64,000 nucleotides of DNA from a virus, in IMG/VR virus record IMGVR_UViG_3300025131_000013, positions 1 through 64,000 of that record; one strand, 5' to 3'. Shown piece by piece: positions 57,304 through 64,000 of this stretch. Numbering within the stretch: position 1 is the first letter of the stretch; the number at the start of each line of letters is the position of its first letter. The notes beneath the pieces are model-generated. The model ran no database searches. It worked only from the letters and a program-made list of their open reading frames with translations, and was not told where the DNA came from. The position numbers and the translations under genes are program-made.

Positions 57304-59262
57304 ATGGCCGAGTATAAAGTTCCAGAACTCGCGTATGAGTTTCCTAGCGAGGACATTACCGCTGAGAGCGGATATCGTGTCCTTTCTGTTGATCTCAACA
57401 ACGGTCGGTTTATGTGGGACCTTGAAGTATTCCGGCAGCTTGAGCGGGCTACCTCTTGGTATCAGGAGTTAGGTGCGTTTCCGACTCACGCCTTGATATT
57501 TGTAGATACAACAAGAGGTATTGTTGAGATCTATGATAGAAAGGATAATACGACTTGGGCCACGTTTACAGCGGGAGCAAATAACTTCCTGCTGAATTCT
57601 ACTGCTATAAACGACATCGACTTTGTTGATGGTGTGCTAGCGGTGGCGGATGATACGAACGGGCTACAGTTGGTTGATTTCGTTCGGGACGCAGGATACC
57701 GCTATGATACGAATGGCCTATACGTTAAGGTAGGGGACATAGCGGATCGTGACGGTGCCCTCGGTGAGCTTCTGGTTAATACGATCATCCAGCTTAACCA
57801 CGATGACGTAACCTCGGTGAGTATGGCCCGAGACCACGACGACCAGTATGTGGAGATGGACATCGGTCGAACTGTTCCGGATATTTTGGTCACTACGGAT
57901 GATGAGGTGACTCTCCTTAAAGCGAGAGATCACGCATCGAACGAGCAGGCAGCCTACGATCTGGGCACCGCCTCTATAGTAGGATTGTATTGCGTCATCA
58001 CCCCAGACGGGCACTGCTTTAGCGCATACTCTGATGTTACGAACGATAAGGTGCGGTGGGATAAGACTGCCGGCATTATCGCTGATACGTGGCCTGCGGC
58101 AAACGATACGATTCATGGCGGTGGAACTACGGGAGGTGGTATTAATCCTGTATCATCTGGAGCCGTGATCTCAATGATTGGCGCCATACCAGGTGTGTCA
58201 GCGGCTGATGGTGCTTCGCCAGTGTTGGCAATTGGAACAGACGAGGGGCTGACGCTAAAGCATCTGGATGATACGAACGAGTCTGATGGTATCACTTTCT
58301 TTTTCGACAATGTGGCGGCCCATCCCCCGTTGGCTGGGAAAGCAACACTCAAGGACTCGTGGTGGCTAGGATCGGTTGCCGGCCTACAAGGAAAGACCCT
58401 TACGAATGGCGGAACTGTAACCTTTGCTGCCGCCGTTACGGGTAACGGTGCGGTATTTACGGAGGGTGGAGCGACCGTCCTGTCCAGGACTGGTGACGCC
58501 GATCTAGATACGGGCACCGATGACTTCGCTATAGGGTTCTACTTCAAATCGACGAATGCGGCAAATCCAGGATCTTCGGTCAACCTCCTTAACCTTGAGG
58601 ATGCCGGCGGTCAGGATATGCTGGAGATTTTCGCCAATACGTCCGGTCAGATCGTTGCTCGTATTACGGATGACTCCGGTGCTACTTGGGATACGATAAC
58701 GACAACGGCTGACTACTACAACGCTTTGTGGCATTCGCTGATGCTGGTCCGGGACAACAGCACTCTCTATCTTTATATAGATGGAAAGCAGGCAGGGACC
58801 GTAGCGGTGACGAATGCTGCTACTGCTCTCGACTTCGCTGAGATCTACGTAGGGAATGATAAGGCGGCAGGCACCGGATTCGGCGGGACGATGGATGATC
58901 TGTTCTTCTGGCAGCTGACGGATGCTACGAACGCAGCGAGACACTTCTCAAGGTTCTGGCACCGGAGAATGCAGTCAGGACTCAATAACGCTTCTATCGG
59001 GACCGAGCTAGATTTGGCTCCGGTCACTTGGGTTTCCTCAGACCATGAAGGCGAGCACTTCATGTTCGGTGACGCGAATGACATGTATGTGATTGATCGT
59101 TTCGGGATCATCATCCAGAACACTGCTACTCCTGGAGGGACTATCCAAGACGGAGATATATGGACCCTGCCTGGAGCAGCAGGATTTGCCTACGCTCTTG
59201 GGACTACTACTACTGTTAATGTCCAGCAGGTGAATGTCGACCTCGCTGATATCCTGCTCTAA
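57304..59262 (+). CDS. LamG/concanavalin-like domain virion protein
   Basis: WHSLMLVRD..LYLYIDG...FGGTMDDL. Confidence 0.75.
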   Translation: MAEYKVPELAYEFPSEDITAESGYRVLSVDLNNGRFMWDLEVFRQLERATSWYQELGAFPTHALIFVDTTRGIVEIYDRKDNTTWATFTAGANNFLLNSTAINDIDFVDGVLAVADDTNGLQLVDFVRDAGYRYDTNGLYVKVGDIADRDGALGELLVNTIIQLNHDDVTSVSMARDHDDQYVEMDIGRTVPDILVTTDDEVTLLKARDHASNEQAAYDLGTASIVGLYCVITPDGHCFSAYSDVTNDKVRWDKTAGIIADTWPAANDTIHGGGTTGGGINPVSSGAVISMIGAIPGVSAADGASPVLAIGTDEGLTLKHLDDTNESDGITFFFDNVAAHPPLAGKATLKDSWWLGSVAGLQGKTLTNGGTVTFAAAVTGNGAVFTEGGATVLSRTGDADLDTGTDDFAIGFYFKSTNAANPGSSVNLLNLEDAGGQDMLEIFANTSGQIVARITDDSGATWDTITTTADYYNALWHSLMLVRDNSTLYLYIDGKQAGTVAVTNAATALDFAEIYVGNDKAAGTGFGGTMDDLFFWQLTDATNAARHFSRFWHRRMQSGLNNASIGTELDLAPVTWVSSDHEGEHFMFGDANDMYVIDRFGIIIQNTATPGGTIQDGDIWTLPGAAGFAYALGTTTTVNVQQVNVDLADILL

Positions 59263-59271
59263 GGAAACGTA

Positions 59272-60867
59272 ATGAGAACCCTTTCTAAATTTGGATTATC
59301 AGATGACTCCATAGCATCGGGCATCTTATCAGGCATTCCTGCTGGGGACTACACCGATCCTACTCTATATGGAACGACTAGGATATGGTGGGATGCCACC
59401 AATACCTTGTTCCGATCTAAGATAGGGTCAGACCCTGCCTCCGAGACTGATGGCGCTCCAGAGTCTCATCTTACTCAGGTCTACGGTGATGAGTCCGATG
59501 GAGCCGTGGCTAATGCTACGGACGTAGATATTGAGGCTACTACGATTGCTCAATCTGGAGTCGTTACTCCAGCTTCTAATCGGATCTGGCGAGCTACAGG
59601 GAATGTTACCCTAACTCAGACGGTTGATGTAGTCCAACAGGACGGTCAAGCTCGTAGTCCTTTCCCGTTGAGACAAGGATCTCCAGGAATCGAGCTTGGC
59701 GCCATTATGGCGGCTATCGGATCGAAGGGGATGCCGGTTCCAATAAGGCCTGGTGGAGATGGAACAGGGCTTATTGGCGGTATTATCCAGATTATCTCTG
59801 GAGGCGATGTATCGGTTGGCGCAGCGATGTCTGCTTTAGGGACTAACGCTTCAGGAGATGGCGGTGGAGGCGGTGGAATAGTAATTATAGTTGCCGCTGG
59901 AACTATTTCTGGCGCTAGTGCTATTGACGTATCAGCGGGGGATGGACACGCTACTGCGGCTGCCCAAGGAGGCGGTGGAGGCTACTCAGGCGGATGGGGA
60001 GGTCACGGTGGTTGGGCGGGAGCGGGTGGAGGCGATGCGTATATAGGTAGGACGCCTGGAGCATCTGGAGCAGGGTATAAGGTTGCTCAAGCTGGCGGAG
60101 GTGGATACCAGGGTGGCGGTGGAGGCGGGTGTATAGATGCGGTTGGAGTTACTACTGGATCCACAGCTGGTGGCGCTGGAGGTGATGGAACGGCTTTCTT
60201 GAACTTTGATCAGCAGAAAGAAGATTTGACTGATCACTGGACTGACGCAGTAGAGGTTTGGAATGCTGCTGTGGCTGGTTCCAACTCGGGATGTTGTGCC
60301 GGTGGTGCAGCTGGAGTAAATGGAGGCGGTGGAGGTGGAGGCGGTGGTCGACCGGGATCTGCTGGAGCCGCAGGAGCAAATGGTGGAGCAGGAGGTGACG
60401 CGGGTTCGGGTGGTGGAGCAGGAGGCGCGTGTAATATCACTGGAACTGCTGGCAATGGAGGTGCTGGAGCCGCAGGATCTAACTACGCATACTCTTTGAC
60501 TAATAAGGACGTGTTTACTGGGATGCCTGGTGGCCAGGGAGGCGGTGGAGGCGGTGGCTTAGGCAAACTTCAGAACGGCTGTTCTGATGGTTCTGCTGGA
60601 GCAGGCGGTGCTGGAGGTGCGTCACCTGGACCATTCGTAGGTAGTATGGGTAATGGATCTGGCGGGGCAGGCGGGACAGGAGAGACTCCTAGTGGTGGTG
60701 ATGGTGATGGCGGTGACGGAGGCGATGGAGGAAATGGTGGCGGTGGCGCTGGCCTAGTTATCCTTGTTGCCCCTACTATTACCTACAATGGAACTGTAAC
60801 CGGAAAGCTCGTGAAGATAGCAGGCACAGACGCTGAGAACATCCTTAGAAGTGTATTCGGTAGCTAA
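59272..60867 (+). CDS. Glycine-rich virion/fibre protein
   Basis: Extensive GGxGG tracts. Confidence 0.7.
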   Translation: MRTLSKFGLSDDSIASGILSGIPAGDYTDPTLYGTTRIWWDATNTLFRSKIGSDPASETDGAPESHLTQVYGDESDGAVANATDVDIEATTIAQSGVVTPASNRIWRATGNVTLTQTVDVVQQDGQARSPFPLRQGSPGIELGAIMAAIGSKGMPVPIRPGGDGTGLIGGIIQIISGGDVSVGAAMSALGTNASGDGGGGGGIVIIVAAGTISGASAIDVSAGDGHATAAAQGGGGGYSGGWGGHGGWAGAGGGDAYIGRTPGASGAGYKVAQAGGGGYQGGGGGGCIDAVGVTTGSTAGGAGGDGTAFLNFDQQKEDLTDHWTDAVEVWNAAVAGSNSGCCAGGAAGVNGGGGGGGGGRPGSAGAAGANGGAGGDAGSGGGAGGACNITGTAGNGGAGAAGSNYAYSLTNKDVFTGMPGGQGGGGGGGLGKLQNGCSDGSAGAGGAGGASPGPFVGSMGNGSGGAGGTGETPSGGDGDGGDGGDGGNGGGGAGLVILVAPTITYNGTVTGKLVKIAGTDAENILRSVFGS

Positions 60868-60879
60868 AGAGAGGACGAT

Positions 60880-61332
60880 ATGCCAACGCCTGAAGAACTA
60901 GCTGATCAGATAGCCAAGCTTGACGCTGATAGAGCTATACTGGAAAAGAAGCTCGTTGAAGATCCTATCAACGAGATTACTTTCAAATCAGCGGTCGATA
61001 TAGTTGCTGCTGATCCCCTAATGTCGTCAATCGGAGTGGCGGTAGTTAAGTCAGAGATACACCCTCAATGGTGTAGTCTCGACTTTCCTGTTGGCGCTGC
61101 TTCAGGATTCCAAGCGTTGGCTATGAGGCAGATGATACAGCTTATGCTGTCTCTCGGTGCTGAGCCTGGATTCAAAGTGGTGGAGAACGGAGCCAAGAGT
61201 AGGCTGCCCTACAGGGTATACGTGGCTATTACGAATATCAACGAGTGTATTGAGGCTGTGAGGGTTATGGCTTTGACTGACTCCCAGAGAGTGTTGGAGT
61301 ATGCCGTTGAGGCAGACGAGGCAAGTATATGA
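60880..61332 (+). CDS. Hypothetical protein
   Basis: GAGG SD. Confidence 0.6.
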   Translation: MPTPEELADQIAKLDADRAILEKKLVEDPINEITFKSAVDIVAADPLMSSIGVAVVKSEIHPQWCSLDFPVGAASGFQALAMRQMIQLMLSLGAEPGFKVVENGAKSRLPYRVYVAITNINECIEAVRVMALTDSQRVLEYAVEADEASI

Positions 61333-61964
61333 TCTCAGGTGATATCAAATCCAACGGCTGCGCTCTGCTCCCAGGAGTAGTGACTGGACCGTCGACTAAG
61401 ATTATGATCGAGACTCTCAACGGGATGCTAGAAACCCTGGAAGAGATGTCTAGGGTTAATGGCTTGATAGTCAGAGAGACATTCTCAGACTTCTTCAATC
61501 TCCCACAGATAACGGATGTAGTCAAGGACGTTCTTGGGACTGATAGTCCTATCCTTTTGGCTACGAGAGGGAATGCTAGTGTCTCTAGTGATCCCGGTGA
61601 TCCGCCTCATTCTAACAATTATGAGTGGGGTAATATTGCCCCAGGAATCTCGATAGTCACGGCCTGTCTCTATCTGGATAAGATAGACGATACGTCAGGC
61701 ACGTTTGCTTACTGTCCAGGATCCCATCTGAAGTATTACCCTCCTTATACGGAAGTCCCGACCCAAGCAGATATAGACGCGGGGACATATGAGGAAGTCT
61801 ACGCAGAGGCGGGTGACGTTCTCTTTAGGATACCGGAAGTCTGGCATGCTGTAAGGCCGATAGGAAACCCAAGAAGATATATCACAGGCTTCTGGGTGAA
61901 TCCTGATAACGCGGGCAAGTTCCTCTCAGAGCGGGTGGAGCGATTTTTGGAGGTTCGGGCCTAA
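61329..61964 (+). CDS. PhyH-family 2OG-Fe(II) dioxygenase-like protein
   Basis: NGC.LLPG, LYLD.ID..SG...CPGSH, AGDVLF...VWH...RR. Confidence 0.75.
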   Translation: MISGDIKSNGCALLPGVVTGPSTKIMIETLNGMLETLEEMSRVNGLIVRETFSDFFNLPQITDVVKDVLGTDSPILLATRGNASVSSDPGDPPHSNNYEWGNIAPGISIVTACLYLDKIDDTSGTFAYCPGSHLKYYPPYTEVPTQADIDAGTYEEVYAEAGDVLFRIPEVWHAVRPIGNPRRYITGFWVNPDNAGKFLSERVERFLEVRA

Positions 61965-62185
61965 TGAGAACTATATCGAGATTCTCTGTCACCGCTCCAT
62001 TACCGGGTTCAGTTCCTGACGGGACGTTCACTGATCCGTTTATCTACGGGACTACATACGTCTGGCATGACTCGGTGAACAATGTGATGAGGAAGCAACT
62101 TACTACCCCGGTTACTGAGACTGAGGGAGAGATTCTGATGGAGGCTGAGGATTCACCACCAACAGCAGGTGTTAGTGATTTCTAG
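61964..62185 (+). CDS. Small paralog of the N-terminal domain of 59272..60867
   Basis: MRT.S.F...P.G..TDP..YGTT..W.D..N...R......P..ET.G is shared. Confidence 0.7.
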   Translation: MRTISRFSVTAPLPGSVPDGTFTDPFIYGTTYVWHDSVNNVMRKQLTTPVTETEGEILMEAEDSPPTAGVSDF

Positions 62186-62195
62186 GAGGATGGGG

Positions 62196-64000
62196 ATGAG
62201 AAAGTATTTCAGTCAAGTAGCTTTAGCACTACTTTTATTAGTAGGGGTGACGTTTGCTCAGACTCACCACTCGAACAAGAAGATATTGTTTCATAAGGCT
62301 ATTGGTGTCTTGCCTGATAGCCTTATTATGGTGAATCCTGATACCACGATCACCGGATTCAGCGCAAACATCGTCAAGCGTTACAGCCTGAACGACCCTG
62401 CCGTGATGTGGGACCGTGATGCGTTTCAGGCGAAGGTCAGCGTGTCGAGCATCGGCACACGCGGCGATACGACTGATGCGTGGCCGACGAACTTTGCTAT
62501 TGTATCAGCACAAGAGTCTGCCACAGACTCGCTTGGTATCATTAACACGGACACAGGCGAACAGTGGATGTGGTTTGTCGCGGGGGCGTCGTATATGCTT
62601 GGCAATGGCGCATCTGCCGTTTTTGCCAACAGCGTGTTCTTGGATGGAGTCCTCTACGTTGCCGTCGATGGGACAGGATTATTTGTCATCGACTTTCTTA
62701 GAGAGACGAGTGATTACGTTCTGGACCAAAACTCCTACAGGTTCAAGGGGAACATTTCCGAGAGGAACACAGGCGCAGGAATCATTCAGTATGCGAAGTA
62801 TCCGCCCATCACGAACGCGGATGTTAATGTCGTCGACGCGATCCGCGATCCAGAGGGCGGCATGGACGAGTTCGGGCGACCGTTGCACTATTGGGTGGTG
62901 GGAACTGATGGCGGTATCTCCGAATACAATCCCATCGACAACGCCATTTGGGACTCTGGGGGGACTGACGATGGCGATATTGTTAGGCTGATGGACCGGG
63001 GGGATGTGTGGTGGGCGTATGAAGATCCAACACGATACTGGGTGTATAGAACCGCTCCCATTCAGTCGCACTACAAAAATGGGTTTGGCCCACCGGGGGG
63101 TGGCGAGTATGCAGACGCGGGGGTTGGTGGAACAGATATTCCGTGGACAACATCAGCAGTTGTTACGAGCTTTACCGTTCCAGTTGGTTCTGTGACGCAC
63201 GATGGCGCACCTGTTGTAATTATTGGGTCGGACGAGGGCTTGATGATTTCGCAAAACAAGCCATTCGTATTGCCCTCTGGGTCCGCAAACAGTTCCCTCA
63301 CCCACACCATCGATGCCACGCAGAACGCGCCACTGTGGTCAGGCGTGGTTGTGGACTCGTATCCACTTGAAGATGCAACGGGGATGTTTGGTGAGGATCT
63401 GACTGACGAGGGCGTGACCTTCTCGTCGGCTGTAATCGGTAATGGCGTAGTCCTTGATGGCACCAACATTATGTATCGTAACAACGATGCGACCTACACG
63501 CCAACAGGGACGATGGGGACCGATCTGTATATGACTGTCGCGTTTTGGGTGAAATCAAGCTACGCAGACAGTTGGGATCCACTCCTTGCTTTGACAGAAG
63601 GCACGACCCCCGGTAACGATTGGTTCAGTATTTTCCCGTGGGCTGGTGTCGTCTACGTGCGAATAACTTCCAATGCCAACTCAACTGCCGAGACAGTAGA
63701 TACACAGATTGATGTTCTCGATAATACGTGGCACCATATTGCCTTCACTATTGGTGCAACTGAGTTACGGTGTTATTTGGACGGGATTCTTATAGATACG
63801 GATGCGTCACTTACCTCATTCTCAGGGGTTCCAGCGTGGGATACATTCACAGTTGGCGACCTACACGATGGGTTCACTGGTGCTGGTTCGATGTTTATAG
63901 GCACACTCGACCAAATCCTCCTGACGTATCGGGAGCTTACAGCCAAAGAGGTCAGGCACCTACATCAGCGCGGTCGTGACGCGCTACAACATAACGCCAT
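62196..64000 (+). CDS. 3'-truncated LamG-domain protein with N-terminal signal peptide; paralog of 57304..59262
   Basis: Not in the ORF track because it has no stop. AGGAGG SD, MRKYFSQVALALLLLVGVTFA-Q, MWD..F, FVAGA, FLDGVL.VA.D..GL..IDF.R, WHHIAF...YLDG in the same frame. Confidence 0.8.
   Translation, partial: MRKYFSQVALALLLLVGVTFAQTHHSNKKILFHKAIGVLPDSLIMVNPDTTITGFSANIVKRYSLNDPAVMWDRDAFQAKVSVSSIGTRGDTTDAWPTNFAIVSAQESATDSLGIINTDTGEQWMWFVAGASYMLGNGASAVFANSVFLDGVLYVAVDGTGLFVIDFLRETSDYVLDQNSYRFKGNISERNTGAGIIQYAKYPPITNADVNVVDAIRDPEGGMDEFGRPLHYWVVGTDGGISEYNPIDNAIWDSGGTDDGDIVRLMDRGDVWWAYEDPTRYWVYRTAPIQSHYKNGFGPPGGGEYADAGVGGTDIPWTTSAVVTSFTVPVGSVTHDGAPVVIIGSDEGLMISQNKPFVLPSGSANSSLTHTIDATQNAPLWSGVVVDSYPLEDATGMFGEDLTDEGVTFSSAVIGNGVVLDGTNIMYRNNDATYTPTGTMGTDLYMTVAFWVKSSYADSWDPLLALTEGTTPGNDWFSIFPWAGVVYVRITSNANSTAETVDTQIDVLDNTWHHIAFTIGATELRCYLDGILIDTDASLTSFSGVPAWDTFTVGDLHDGFTGAGSMFIGTLDQILLTYRELTAKEVRHLHQRGRDALQHNA

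Noticed and set aside
43147-61000. Numerous minus-strand ORFs across the structural region
   Set aside because: They lie fully inside long plus-strand genes and lack recognisable motifs

Overview
A 64-kb piece of a large tailed dsDNA bacteriophage genome, siphovirus-like (tape measure protein, tail-chaperone -1 frameshift, no sheath gene). The host is bacterial, judging by AGGAGG Shine-Dalgarno sites and sigma70-like promoter spacing. Layout: (1) 1-5.8 kb, nucleotide/sugar genes (FAD oxidoreductase, CgeB-like glycosyltransferase, variant ThyX) and a TerS-like gene; (2) 5.4-17.8 kb, many small early genes driven by a conserved TAGGnn-N17-TAnnnT promoter (9 copies in the window); (3) 17.8-22.2 kb, a largely non-coding repeat-rich region, possibly the genome end; (4) 22.8-64 kb, TerL, portal, ChaB-fused protease, scaffold, HK97-type capsid, an 8-gene glycan cluster, head-tail connectors, tail tube, chaperones, TMP and tail/fibre proteins. 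The most striking signal is a ~1.1-kb cassette (19949-21084) with no CA and only two TG dinucleotides, one being the ATG of its single 182-aa gene, whose protein accordingly lacks Cys, His, Gln, Trp and internal Met. The cassette is bracketed by two inverted 34-bp palindromic sites and lies next to CA/TG-rich repeat blocks, while all nine other early promoters carry an invariant TG plus an upstream CA in their spacer. This points to an undescribed CA/TG-dependent system (defence evasion or context-specific DNA modification, possibly with staged entry). All calls are by eye from motifs; no database searches were run.
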